IMG/VR virus record: IMGVR_UViG_3300020201_000010
Strand: one strand, 5' to 3'
From: a virus
DNA length: 38,049 nucleotides
The notes below the pieces were generated by a model. It did no database searches. It was not told the DNA's origin and saw only the letters and a program-made list of their open reading frames with translations. How positions within the stretch are numbered: the first letter of the stretch is position 1; each line of letters begins with the position of its first letter. The position numbers and the translations under genes are program-made. This document shows, one piece after another, positions 8,252-18,186 of this stretch.

Positions 8252-8908
8252 ATGCCAGTTAGGCTTAATAACATTGGTGATACACCCATTAATAACTTTT
8301 CTAATGCCAGTGGTGGCGAGGGTAAGTCAGGGACTGCAACACATCTATCTACAAATATCGCGATTCTTATTGAGGGTGTAGCCGTTGGAGCTGTCCAGAA
8401 ACTTTCAATTAATGAATCACGTTCAATTAAGATGGTTAATGAGGTTGGAACAGATGGTAGTATTGACTCAGCACCAACAGCATCTACTGAAATTAGTGGT
8501 GATTGTTCCAGAATACGTTTTAATAGACAAAGAATTGCCGAAGCGTTTCTTAGAGGGTATGTTCACGTAAGCGCTCAAAGAGTTCCGTTTGATATAGTAA
8601 TTATGGATAATTTTCAAGGGTCAGATGATAGTAATATTGTTATTACAACACTTCGAAATGTTTGGATTAAATCAATTAGCTATTCTTACGAATCTGAGTC
8701 ATTTATAATTTCAGAAAATATGTCATTTGTTTGTGAATCAATTGAATCTTATCGTGGCGATGGTGAATCGAGCGTTGTAGGTAATCCAAATAATCGTGGT
8801 ATTCCAATTGCTGTCAATCCTTTTGAGCAACAGGCTGATAGAGGGACTTATCGCGGAGCCCTTGACGCAGCAGGCCTCATAAATGCATTTGACGGCAATA
8901 CATTATAA
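8252..8908 (+). CDS. Tail tube protein (218 aa)
   Basis: AAGGA RBS; tube-like pattern I.I.G..VG.VQ.LSI.E.R....V.E.G...PFDI.I.D...TTL.NVWI.S.S.SY.....II.E...F..E; position between sheath and chaperone/TMP. Confidence 0.85.
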   Translation: MPVRLNNIGDTPINNFSNASGGEGKSGTATHLSTNIAILIEGVAVGAVQKLSINESRSIKMVNEVGTDGSIDSAPTASTEISGDCSRIRFNRQRIAEAFLRGYVHVSAQRVPFDIVIMDNFQGSDDSNIVITTLRNVWIKSISYSYESESFIISENMSFVCESIESYRGDGESSVVGNPNNRGIPIAVNPFEQQADRGTYRGALDAAGLINAFDGNTL

Positions 8909-8930
8909 TTAATGTATTAAACAATGACCG

Positions 8931-8956
8931 TAGGTGGTACCAATAGGTGCCGCCTA
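8931..8956 (+). terminator. GC-rich hairpin after tube gene (terminator or mRNA 3' stabiliser)
   Basis: UAGGUGGUACC-AAUA-GGUGCCGCCUA: 11-bp stem with two G-U pairs that form only on the + strand RNA; weak U tail (TCCTTGT). Confidence 0.65.
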
Positions 8957-9075
8957 TCCTTGTAAATAGATTTTATATTATAATCAGCTTTAAAAATAGC
9001 TGATATATATCATTATGAACAATTATATTGGTTAAATTACTTTTAACTAAAATCTATTCTATTCACAGGAGCATT

Positions 9076-9747
9076 ATGTCTCAAGACCCTCAATTTGGCA
9101 GTAAACAAGGAACAATGACATCATCATTGGGTCGCACATCATTTGGTAATCATCAACGCACACTTACGGTTGAAGATACCACGGCTGATGTAAGCGACGA
9201 CTTTCCTGAAGAGTTTCAGCAAGCCTACAAGGCAGAAAAAGCAGCCGAGCAAACTAATGGTTTTATCAAAAGTCAAAGACCGAAACAAGATGCTGATATA
9301 CTTGGTTATAAAGATATAGAAAAGTTGCGTAAAAAAGATGATATTCCAGAATATGCCAGGTCATCTTTAGAAATACTTACTGGTATTGGTCGAGCTAATT
9401 TAGAAGAAACGATTGATGGTCATGTATTTTCATTAAGATCTTTGAAGTCCAGAGAACAAAAAGAATTATTTACAAACGGCAGCAAGATAAAAGACACATT
9501 AGAGCAATCTTACTATATAAAGTATGCAACATTAGCTTGGTCTTTATATAAAATTGATGGAAAAGATTTAGAGGATGTAATTCAATCGAATCAATTTGAA
9601 GACAAGATGGCTTTAATGGCTGAATTTGCTGAAGAGGTAATTGATCATTTATATAATAAATACAGTCAGATTACTAAATCAAATATGGATCGATTGGGTT
9701 TAATTGGTAAAAATGATAAGGAGATTTCCGATAACGTAAAAAAATAA
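9076..9747 (+). CDS. Tail assembly chaperone, short form (gpG-like, 223 aa)
   Basis: AGGAG RBS before ATG 9076; I.G..FSLRSL...E...L.WSL..IDG...L...Y pattern; position tube-[chaperone]-TMP; ends on a slippery site. Confidence 0.8.
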   Translation: MSQDPQFGSKQGTMTSSLGRTSFGNHQRTLTVEDTTADVSDDFPEEFQQAYKAEKAAEQTNGFIKSQRPKQDADILGYKDIEKLRKKDDIPEYARSSLEILTGIGRANLEETIDGHVFSLRSLKSREQKELFTNGSKIKDTLEQSYYIKYATLAWSLYKIDGKDLEDVIQSNQFEDKMALMAEFAEEVIDHLYNKYSQITKSNMDRLGLIGKNDKEISDNVKK

Positions 9748-9779
9748 TAGCTGAACCAGATCATAGATTCATCTGGTTC
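9718..9779 (+). promoter_or_regulatory. -1 programmed ribosomal frameshift signal
   Basis: Internal SD AAGGAG (9718-9723), in-frame heptamer A_AAA_AAA (9738-9744) directly before the TAA, 8-nt spacer, then perfect 9-bp hairpin GAACCAGAT/ATCTGGTTC (9753-9779). Confidence 0.85.
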
Positions 9780-10100
9780 TTATGCAAAACTTATCAAATC
9801 TTACCTGATGATAATTTTTTTGAAGATATAGATTCAATAACATGGTTATGGATGTATACTAGTTGGATAAAAGATCAGGAAGATGATTATAATAAATGGA
9901 AAGATTTTAGTATTTTTCTTGGTTCATTTACTAACCCTGAAGCGGCTAAAAAAATGTTAAATACAAACAGTATAGATATTAGTGATGAACAATTTAATGA
10001 AAATACTAAAAAGCTATTTGAACAAGAAAACACAAGCGAGAATAATAGCTTATCTTTGCATAGAAGAGTGAGAAGAAAAAGAAAATTAATTACTAATTAA
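9744..10100 (+). CDS. Frameshift extension of tail assembly chaperone (gpT-like); fused product join(9076..9744,9744..10100), about 341 aa
   Basis: The -1 frame is open from 9735 (IIAEPDHRFIWFLCKTYQILPDDNFFEDIDSITWLWMYTSW...) to 10100 with no ATG until 9852; it ends 7 nt before the TMP start. Confidence 0.8.
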   Translation: MIAEPDHRFIWFLCKTYQILPDDNFFEDIDSITWLWMYTSWIKDQEDDYNKWKDFSIFLGSFTNPEAAKKMLNTNSIDISDEQFNENTKKLFEQENTSENNSLSLHRRVRRKRKLITN

Positions 10101-10107
10101 AGGATAA

Positions 10108-12042
10108 ATGGCTGATCTGAATGATGTTGGTGAAAAAGTTGATGGTCTTGAAAGCCAGATAAACGCTACTAACGAAGCGTTGTTAAAAACGCCTGGGTTA
10201 ATGGGTAAAATTGAAGAGGCACAACGGAAAGCAACAGAACAGTCAAAAAAATATAAAGATCAAACTGAAAATATGGTTGAGAGCTTTAAATCTAAGCTTT
10301 CATCTGGCAAATTAATTGATTTTAACGCAATGATTAAACCAATTGATCAAGATATGTTTTCTAAAATCGGTTCTGGTTTTACAGAGAATATGAAACAGCT
10401 TGCAGCTAATGGTGGTGATGGTTGGAAGACTGTAGCTGGTGTTGTTGCAAGCAGTCAGGTGGAGATAAGCGCATCTGTAACAGAGATGGCTAATAAATCT
10501 CAAATGGGAGGAAAAATATTAAGCGATGTATATGCTAATCAGTTAAAAAGTGTAGCACCTGTAGTTGCTAAAGTTTTAGCGCACGCCGAGGCTAATAATA
10601 AATTGGAAGGCGGTTTAATTAGTATTTTTGGTGCAGCTGGTAATTTAAGCGAAGCTTTTAAAATTATGGGAGACAATACAGGAAGAAATGTTGATATTTT
10701 ACACAACCTTGATTCTTTAACGTTTGATTATAATAAAAGAATGGCAGAAACGGCTACAGCAACAGGTTTATTGCCAGAAGAGGTTGCAAAATATACTCAA
10801 AGTTTAATGACAATTCCTGGGGCTTATAGTTCAATAGCCAGTATTGGAGGATCGACGATGACACAGTTGGAGGCTGCGATTAAAGTCTCTAGAGGCACCA
10901 CTCAAAACTTTGGAGAAGTTGTTAAATTTTTAGACGATCAATATTTACAATTTAATCAAACTCAAGGAGAAAGTTTGAATACATTTTCTGAAATGTATCA
11001 AGCATCAAACGATTTAGGTTTTAGATTTTCAGTTTTAAAAGGCATAGTTGGTGGTGTGCGTGATAGTTTTGCGATGATGGGAGATCAAAGTGCATCGGCA
11101 CTAAACATACTTGAATCATTTGCTCCGGCATTAAAAGAATCTGGTTTAGGCCCTGAAGGCATAGCAAAGATGGTACAAAATTTAACAGGAGCTGTTGGTT
11201 CGTTAGATACTGCTCAAAAATCATTTTTATCTTCACAGGCTGGTGGGACAGGTGGATTACAAGGAGCATTTCAAGTTGATTTAAAACTTAAAGAAGGAAA
11301 GTTAGACGAAGTTGTTGGAATGATGCAAGACGTTTTATCTAAACAATTCGGCGGAAAGGTGGTTGGGCTAGAACAGGCGGCAGCATCAGGAGCCGATGCT
11401 GCACAAATGCAAAAGCAAGTAGCTCTATTAAAGGGTGGAGCTTTCGGCTCTGTAGTTAAGAGTGATGCTGAAGCTTATAAGTTTATTGAGTTGATGCAAA
11501 AGGGTGTTAGACCAACAGATGCTGCAGTATTTAAGGAGAAAACAGCCGATTCAATGGACGCAACCATGAATCAAAGTAATATTATACAAGAAAGACAAGA
11601 ATCTAGCATGATGATTGCTAATAATGAGCTAGTTAAGCAGACTGGATTATTAAGTACAATTGCCGGTGGTTTTATGAGAAGCTTTACTGGCAATGAAAGT
11701 AGCGCTATGTCAGGGATGGAGACTCTTAAAAAGGAATCTAGTAAAGGCTTAACCGCTACACCAAATGTTGTTGATAAAACAGCGTTAGCCAGCGAAATGT
11801 TTTCTGGTTTAGGAGAATCTGTTAGAAAATTAGGTATGCTTATAGATTCAGTGGTTGAAAATAAATCAAGATCGATAGATAGGGAACAATCTGGTCCAAA
11901 AGAAATTAACTTAACAGTTCAGATGTATAGAAAAGATGGTGGTCTTGATTCGGAAGAGACAAGAAAAATTTTAATTCAAGCATCTGATGCTGCAGAAGAT
12001 CGTGTAAACACAAAAGCCGTATTAGGCTCGGCAAATTTCTAA
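10108..12042 (+). CDS. Tape measure protein (644 aa)
   Basis: Follows the frameshifted chaperone; Ala/Gly/Met/Gln-rich helical composition; AAGGA RBS. Confidence 0.75.
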   Translation: MADLNDVGEKVDGLESQINATNEALLKTPGLMGKIEEAQRKATEQSKKYKDQTENMVESFKSKLSSGKLIDFNAMIKPIDQDMFSKIGSGFTENMKQLAANGGDGWKTVAGVVASSQVEISASVTEMANKSQMGGKILSDVYANQLKSVAPVVAKVLAHAEANNKLEGGLISIFGAAGNLSEAFKIMGDNTGRNVDILHNLDSLTFDYNKRMAETATATGLLPEEVAKYTQSLMTIPGAYSSIASIGGSTMTQLEAAIKVSRGTTQNFGEVVKFLDDQYLQFNQTQGESLNTFSEMYQASNDLGFRFSVLKGIVGGVRDSFAMMGDQSASALNILESFAPALKESGLGPEGIAKMVQNLTGAVGSLDTAQKSFLSSQAGGTGGLQGAFQVDLKLKEGKLDEVVGMMQDVLSKQFGGKVVGLEQAAASGADAAQMQKQVALLKGGAFGSVVKSDAEAYKFIELMQKGVRPTDAAVFKEKTADSMDATMNQSNIIQERQESSMMIANNELVKQTGLLSTIAGGFMRSFTGNESSAMSGMETLKKESSKGLTATPNVVDKTALASEMFSGLGESVRKLGMLIDSVVENKSRSIDREQSGPKEINLTVQMYRKDGGLDSEETRKILIQASDAAEDRVNTKAVLGSANF

Positions 12043-12050
12043 GGTAAAAT

Positions 12051-13133
12051 ATGGCAAATCCTAGACAACCACAAGATCCGTTTGAAGCAGCTGGTAGAAT
12101 TTTAACAGCTAATGGCGGATTAATTGGAGATCGCTTTAATTCTGGTTTAGCAAATGGTTATTCCGTTAATGGACAGCCGACAGTATCAGGATTAGGCACA
12201 CGACAAAGCAGGGTTCCAAATTACCGTACAGCTGTTACAAAAAGAAGTGTAGTTAAGTGGTTGGTTCCAGAGCAACCAATGATAGAGATGTATGTTAATC
12301 CTGAAAATATTACTTATAGTTATAAAAAAGAAATCAATAAACAGAGAACGAAGGGTGGTTTTGCATTACAATATTGGGGAGAAGATTTGGCTACGCTTAG
12401 AATATCGGGAACTACTGGAACTTCTGGTATTGAAGGTATAAATATTTTATATGATATTTACCGTAATGAACAGTTAATGTTTGACCCTTACGCTTTAGCA
12501 TTAGCAGCTGAAAGCGATCGTTTACGACAACAAGAATTGTCCGAAGATATATTTGGATTAGGTGGTTTAAATGGCAACGCAGCAAACTTAGGAACATCAA
12601 TTATTAGTGGTGTTTTATTAGGCGCAGCAGGTAACGTAGCCAACTCTGTTGGTAACTCGTTAGGTAGAGCTTTAGGGTCGGTTGAAAGCTCTGTTGTCGG
12701 CGGTAACCCAACAGCAACTCGCAACAAGCCTACTCCGGCAAGTCTAGCTTTTACGGTTGAGATGTATTGGAGTGGGGAAGTTTACAGAGGTTATTTTACT
12801 GACTTTGTTGTGGATGAACGTTCAGAAGTTTTAGGTATGTTTACTTACACAATGAACTTTGTAGTCACTCAAAAAAGAGGTTATCGCCAAAATTATCTAG
12901 GCTGGCACAGAAGTCCAAGTACTGGCCAAAGTAATTCTAACCCCAATTATGGTACAGCATACAGTTATGGTGGTCTTGTAACAGATGGTGGTATCGTACC
13001 AACACCAAACAGAGTAGATCAGCCAAATTTAAATTCACCGTTTGTTGATCCTGGTCAAAACGGCTTAAATTTAATTCCAGGTGTAACCAATGAATTTTTG
13101 AATTCAATTTTAGACCCATTTGATGTAGGATAA
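12051..13133 (+). CDS. Tube initiator / baseplate-tube connector (gpU or gp48/gp54-like), 360 aa
   Basis: MYVNPENITYSY.K......T.GG....WG.....L.ISGTTG and Y.GYFT.F...E.......Y...F tube-fold motifs; position after TMP. Confidence 0.7.
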   Translation: MANPRQPQDPFEAAGRILTANGGLIGDRFNSGLANGYSVNGQPTVSGLGTRQSRVPNYRTAVTKRSVVKWLVPEQPMIEMYVNPENITYSYKKEINKQRTKGGFALQYWGEDLATLRISGTTGTSGIEGINILYDIYRNEQLMFDPYALALAAESDRLRQQELSEDIFGLGGLNGNAANLGTSIISGVLLGAAGNVANSVGNSLGRALGSVESSVVGGNPTATRNKPTPASLAFTVEMYWSGEVYRGYFTDFVVDERSEVLGMFTYTMNFVVTQKRGYRQNYLGWHRSPSTGQSNSNPNYGTAYSYGGLVTDGGIVPTPNRVDQPNLNSPFVDPGQNGLNLIPGVTNEFLNSILDPFDVG

Positions 13134-13137
13134 GTAT

Positions 13138-16100
13138 ATGGCATTCTTAGAAGATTTAGCACAAGCAGGTATATCAGCAATTAATGAACAATATGCTCCA
13201 GGCAATTTAACGCCAACAAGCTTAGACACAATAGATCCTAACGACCCAGATCGTGTAATTAATTTTGGTAAATTAGGAGACTTTGCTAAAAAAATTGATA
13301 ACACTGCTCAACGAACTTATGTTGAAAATGGTTTTATTAGAAATGTTAGACCAAGGGCAATGGAAATCTTAATGCAAGAGCCTGACTTAACTGTTATTGT
13401 TAAAAAAAGAGCATTTGCTTCTTTGGTTGATAATTATAGATTAGATAAAATGGATTCTGGAGATAAATTATTTTATAGGGCTACTAAAAATCTTTTCCAA
13501 AACAAATGTCGAGCCATTTCTGTATATGAAAAGCTATCTAAAATAGAAAAAATTGTTAAAAACAAGGGCGTGCTAGATGATTATATGGTTCCGTTAATTA
13601 CTGATGGGATTGAAGCGTTAGAAGCTTTTTCTGGTAAGCAGATTGTTGACGCTAATACGAAGGCCACGTTTATTACTTTAAGAAAATTACAAAACTTATC
13701 TGATCCAGCAACCACAACAACATGGAATGTAATAAGCAATTCACCATTCTATTCTGATTTAGGAGAGGGTACAGGAACTTTTGATCTTACAATGGTTGCA
13801 AGCATTGATACAACAGTTTCTACAGAGTTTGGTCAAGGAAGCGCTTCATTAAATATAGAGGATCCTTATAATTTAATGTATGTTAATCGTGATGATATTG
13901 AAAAGGCAATAAGTGATGCTTCTAGTTTTTTTAATTCACAAAATTTTTCAAGAGTTTCAGAAAGACAATTAAGAGATATTATAGATCAGGACAAACAGAG
14001 ATTAAATTCTATTAGGTTTAGTCGTGGTGCTCCAGGTATTAGGTTTTCATTAAATGAAGCATCGATTATCAATCAAAAAATACGAGCATTTATTGATGAA
14101 GTTGGTCGAGAGATTTTGTTTACTTACGATCCTGGCATTTTAGGAATAGGTGCAACGGCAGATATTGATGCTAGCGCTTTTATGGGTATTGGTGGTTTAA
14201 ATGTTGAAGAGACTGATATATTTAAAACAATCATTGTTAATATGTTACAGGTAATAAATCAAGCAGAAGATATTAATCAAAATATATTAAGAAATAATAC
14301 AACATCTGATATTCGTTATGTTAGAGAAAAAATGATTTTAAATTATTCTGGTAAATCAATTATCCAACCAATGGATGTTATAAACGTATTTATAAGTACA
14401 AAAACAAGCCCTGATAATAAAATTGTGGGTTTTGATCAATCATCAGCTACAGCTTCTACATTTTTCAATAAAATAAATAATTTAACAGAAAATATGGTTA
14501 ACACTTTTAATAGTGCGGCTACATTTTTTGGCGGAAGAGCAAATAGCTCTGTTGATGATGAAAAAAAATCTATAGTTGGATCTGATTTTCCTACATGGTT
14601 GTGGGTTTTATTAAGAAACGACTTTACACGACAGGCCGCAGGCACACAAGTGTTTCAAGGAGTGGTTACGGGAGTAAGCAGTAATTATTCTGCAAGTTCT
14701 GGTAAATACACATTATCTGTACAAGCTAAGGACAATGCTTATTATTTTAATTTAGGTCAAGTAAATTTAAAACCATCACTTGCCGTTGGTACTAATGAAC
14801 TATATAATCCAATTACTCCATTTGAGTTAGATTTCGATCCATCTAATGGTTTGCTTACAGGGGAAAATTTAACACCAAATTTTCTTGAAGAAAATAACAA
14901 ATTAGCTTTATCTGGAGCAATTAAATTTAAGTCAGGACGTTATAGAGGATTCCCTGCTTATCCAAATATGTATTTAAGCAAAGATGGGGAAAGAGTTTCA
15001 GCTCAAGCACCATTTGATTTTAGATACGTATTAAATGACCCTGATGGTTTTGTTTATCGCTGGAAATCAGGTATCGGTTCATATACATATTCTGATGAAG
15101 CTAATAATGCTAAAGTACTAAATTCTGACAGAAGTCCTCTTCTTACTAAAGATCCTTTTGCTGGTCAAGATGTAATGAATGTTCTTTCTTTGTTGGTTAC
15201 TGGTCAGCCATATAACTATAATAATTTTGTTAAGGCTGGTTTAAATATTGGGAATCTAACAAGAGATGATATTTTAGGAGAATCTGGTTCAACATCTTAT
15301 TTTCGAGGGTTAAGTTCAGACCTTAATAGAAACAATGCTGTCTGGGGAAACTTTATTCCATTTAAAGAACAAGTTTTAAATGAAAAAGCACTAGCGTTTA
15401 CTTTAATGGGCCAATATGATGTGAGTAAATTAAATTCAGAAATTAATAAATTGCTAGATGAAAGAGCTGCTTTTTTTGACAGCATAATCACTTCTCCTCA
15501 AGGCTCCCAGTTTGCTAAAAATCCTAATCCTTATAATGTTGATATCCAAGGTGACGGTTCAACACCAAGTGGACCATTATCTCCTGATATTGCAGCTGCT
15601 GTTTTAAATATTAGGCAGATTGATGTTAAAGTAGATCAATTAATTAATGATTCTTTTAATAAAGTTAAGAACTCTAATCTTTCTGATGGATCTTTTAGAA
15701 TTTTTGGTGATGATGCATTATTTGACTCATCTGCATCTAATCTTGGAGGTGATATTACAGGTCAAGAACAAAGAGAAGCTTTAAAAAATCTTAGGTCTAA
15801 AATTAACTATTTAACTCAAAGAAGGCTATGGAAAGTTAAATCAAATGACGATCAAAATCTTTTTATAGTTGATGATCAGTATGATAAAAATTATGATATC
15901 CAAAATTTCGAATCTTCTTTTTCAAAAGATGCAATGAGTTTATTAAATTCTGAATATACAGACCCATTTGATAAGATCATTACCGTTGCTCGGCCATTAG
16001 GTTTAGAGGTCTTTGCCGATTCACAGGGCCATATCAGAGCTAGGCCGCCAGCTTATAATAAAGTACCAAGCTCAGTCTTTAGAGACCTTGTAAAGGAATC

Positions 16101-18186
16101 TCAGCGCACAGGAAAGCGTATTTTTCCAAGAGCATTAGAAAGATTATTTATTAACAATGCAGATGGCCTAGTAGATAAGTTAGAAACAACAGAAGATCAA
16201 ATTCGTTTAAGAGTTATTGCTATTGGCTATACTGACGATCTTGAGATTGAGGATTTTTTAACTAAAGGTGATTCTGGAATGAATTCTGGAGGCACTTACA
16301 CTTTTAAATTCATATCGGATGGCGAAACAGGTCAAATTGGATCAACAGATTTTAGAAATGTTGTTGAGCAAGCGTTTCCAGAAATTCGCGAAGGTTTGGA
16401 ATTTAAGCCATTAGTATCTAATGATATTCAGACGAGAGATCCTAATGCAACAGCAACAATAAGTCGATTAACTAATCGTGTCAATAATCAAACCAGATTA
16501 ACAGGCCTGTTTACAATTAAAAATAAATTTACAGCTCTAAAAAACCCAATAGCCTATCAAGATATTGATTCATTTAATACATCTCCAGCAGGTATAGAAA
16601 ATACATCTTCAAGCAGCTCAGTTACCAAATCTTACCAAACGGTTAGAAACCGTTTGCAAAGAAGAAAAGGAACAAAAGAACCGGAATTAAATCAACTATT
16701 TCCTAACCGCTCTATTGGAACAAGACAAACAGAGTATTTAAAAGTTTTAAATGATCTATCTCGTCTTTTGTCTGAGCGACAAGGTTTAGTTAAAACTCTT
16801 TCTAATTCATTAAAGAATTTAAATGAAGCCTTAGCCATTAATGGAGACCCGAAAACTAAACGAAAATCTCTTTTAACAACAGAAGAGTTACCAGAAGTAA
16901 TTGCACATATGATTGAAGATGAAAGCTTTGATGATTTTGGGCAGGGGTCAGGAGGAAGATATATTATTAAAGATAATCAAATTTTATCTTTATCTATTGA
17001 TGAAACACCACCTGAATTCACTTCAGTTCAAGTAAGAGGTTTATTTAACGAATTTATTCCCAACATTGCTGCAAATGGTTTGGAGTTAAGAGATGGCGGT
17101 AACGGTATTAATACGGCTTATGCTGTTGATTATGATATGTGGCGCATGTATGGATTTAAACAATCTCAGCCAGTTGTTATTAATGCGCTTTCAAATCCAC
17201 AAACACAACTGGCTCCGTTTGCCGTTTATCTTTTAAATAGAGCTAGGAGAAATATATTTAAAGGATCGGTTATAATTACTGGAAACGAATTCATGCAAGC
17301 CGGAGAGGTGATATATATAGAAAGCAAGGACTTACTTTTTTATGTTGAAGAAGTTCGACATAGTTTTTCTTATTCAGGTAATTATACAACAACACTAAAA
17401 CTTACATATGGTCATAATCCTGGAGAATATATACCAACTCATCTAGATATCATTGGTAAAACTCTTTATTCTAAGAGTTATAGTGCCAATCTGTTGCGGC
17501 ATGTTAGATCTGACCCTGCAAATGGTGATAGAGATATTACTGTTCTTGTTATCGATAATAATTCTAATCCTGATAATGTATCAAAAGATACTATGTCAGC
17601 AATTAGTGGTTCGTCTTTATCTCAATTGATTAACGGATCTTATGGTGAACAAAATCGTAAAAACCTTGTTAAAGTTATTATGACTCTCGCTGGAGGATTC
17701 TCTCCTAATTCAAACAAAATACCAAAAATTCAATTAAGAATTTATTATAATTCAAACGCCGGTATTGATCCTTCCTCCAACCTTTTTGCAGTTGCAGGTG
17801 AAGTAAAAGCTTGGATGGCTAATCCACAAAAATCAATAGGCAAAGGAGACCAGCTAATTACTGCAGAAGAATTACCACCTACTTTTAATGTTGGGCAATC
17901 TCAAATAGAAGTATTAGCAGTAGATCGTTCAGATCCCCAATCACCTTCCTCTGGTGCATGGTCAATTGCTAGAAGCTTAGTTAAAAATGGCTCCATTAAC
18001 TCTGGCGGTATTGGAAATGATTGTGTTTTAGATGAAGAGCTTAAATTATTTAATAATATCATTGATATTTGGGTAACTTACGAAGATATTGAGTCTCAAT
18101 TATCCACATCAGCAACTAATAACCCAATTACATCGCAACAAGCTTATGACAATGCTCGTAATCTTTCATCAACATTAAAGGCATAA
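13138..18186 (+). CDS. Baseplate hub protein (gpD/gp27/gp44-like), enlarged, 1682 aa
   Basis: G.ASL.IEDP; IQPMD.I.VF; VFQGVVT.VS..Y......L.V.AKD; E.FAD..G.I..RPP.Y; C-terminal GSV.I.GNE....GE.IYI....LFYVE.V.HSFS....YTT.L.L..G. Confidence 0.75.
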   Translation: MAFLEDLAQAGISAINEQYAPGNLTPTSLDTIDPNDPDRVINFGKLGDFAKKIDNTAQRTYVENGFIRNVRPRAMEILMQEPDLTVIVKKRAFASLVDNYRLDKMDSGDKLFYRATKNLFQNKCRAISVYEKLSKIEKIVKNKGVLDDYMVPLITDGIEALEAFSGKQIVDANTKATFITLRKLQNLSDPATTTTWNVISNSPFYSDLGEGTGTFDLTMVASIDTTVSTEFGQGSASLNIEDPYNLMYVNRDDIEKAISDASSFFNSQNFSRVSERQLRDIIDQDKQRLNSIRFSRGAPGIRFSLNEASIINQKIRAFIDEVGREILFTYDPGILGIGATADIDASAFMGIGGLNVEETDIFKTIIVNMLQVINQAEDINQNILRNNTTSDIRYVREKMILNYSGKSIIQPMDVINVFISTKTSPDNKIVGFDQSSATASTFFNKINNLTENMVNTFNSAATFFGGRANSSVDDEKKSIVGSDFPTWLWVLLRNDFTRQAAGTQVFQGVVTGVSSNYSASSGKYTLSVQAKDNAYYFNLGQVNLKPSLAVGTNELYNPITPFELDFDPSNGLLTGENLTPNFLEENNKLALSGAIKFKSGRYRGFPAYPNMYLSKDGERVSAQAPFDFRYVLNDPDGFVYRWKSGIGSYTYSDEANNAKVLNSDRSPLLTKDPFAGQDVMNVLSLLVTGQPYNYNNFVKAGLNIGNLTRDDILGESGSTSYFRGLSSDLNRNNAVWGNFIPFKEQVLNEKALAFTLMGQYDVSKLNSEINKLLDERAAFFDSIITSPQGSQFAKNPNPYNVDIQGDGSTPSGPLSPDIAAAVLNIRQIDVKVDQLINDSFNKVKNSNLSDGSFRIFGDDALFDSSASNLGGDITGQEQREALKNLRSKINYLTQRRLWKVKSNDDQNLFIVDDQYDKNYDIQNFESSFSKDAMSLLNSEYTDPFDKIITVARPLGLEVFADSQGHIRARPPAYNKVPSSVFRDLVKESQRTGKRIFPRALERLFINNADGLVDKLETTEDQIRLRVIAIGYTDDLEIEDFLTKGDSGMNSGGTYTFKFISDGETGQIGSTDFRNVVEQAFPEIREGLEFKPLVSNDIQTRDPNATATISRLTNRVNNQTRLTGLFTIKNKFTALKNPIAYQDIDSFNTSPAGIENTSSSSSVTKSYQTVRNRLQRRKGTKEPELNQLFPNRSIGTRQTEYLKVLNDLSRLLSERQGLVKTLSNSLKNLNEALAINGDPKTKRKSLLTTEELPEVIAHMIEDESFDDFGQGSGGRYIIKDNQILSLSIDETPPEFTSVQVRGLFNEFIPNIAANGLELRDGGNGINTAYAVDYDMWRMYGFKQSQPVVINALSNPQTQLAPFAVYLLNRARRNIFKGSVIITGNEFMQAGEVIYIESKDLLFYVEEVRHSFSYSGNYTTTLKLTYGHNPGEYIPTHLDIIGKTLYSKSYSANLLRHVRSDPANGDRDITVLVIDNNSNPDNVSKDTMSAISGSSLSQLINGSYGEQNRKNLVKVIMTLAGGFSPNSNKIPKIQLRIYYNSNAGIDPSSNLFAVAGEVKAWMANPQKSIGKGDQLITAEELPPTFNVGQSQIEVLAVDRSDPQSPSSGAWSIARSLVKNGSINSGGIGNDCVLDEELKLFNNIIDIWVTYEDIESQLSTSATNNPITSQQAYDNARNLSSTLKA

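Noticed and set aside
9028-9075. Upstream non-ATG starts called at 9028, 3747 and 21078
   Set aside because: In-frame ATGs at 9076 (with AGGAG), 3765 and 21111 fit RBS, promoter or overlap geometry better.
9852-10100. Independent 82-aa gene
   Set aside because: The frame is open from 9735 and joined to the chaperone by a clear -1 slippery site; there is no convincing SD before 9852.
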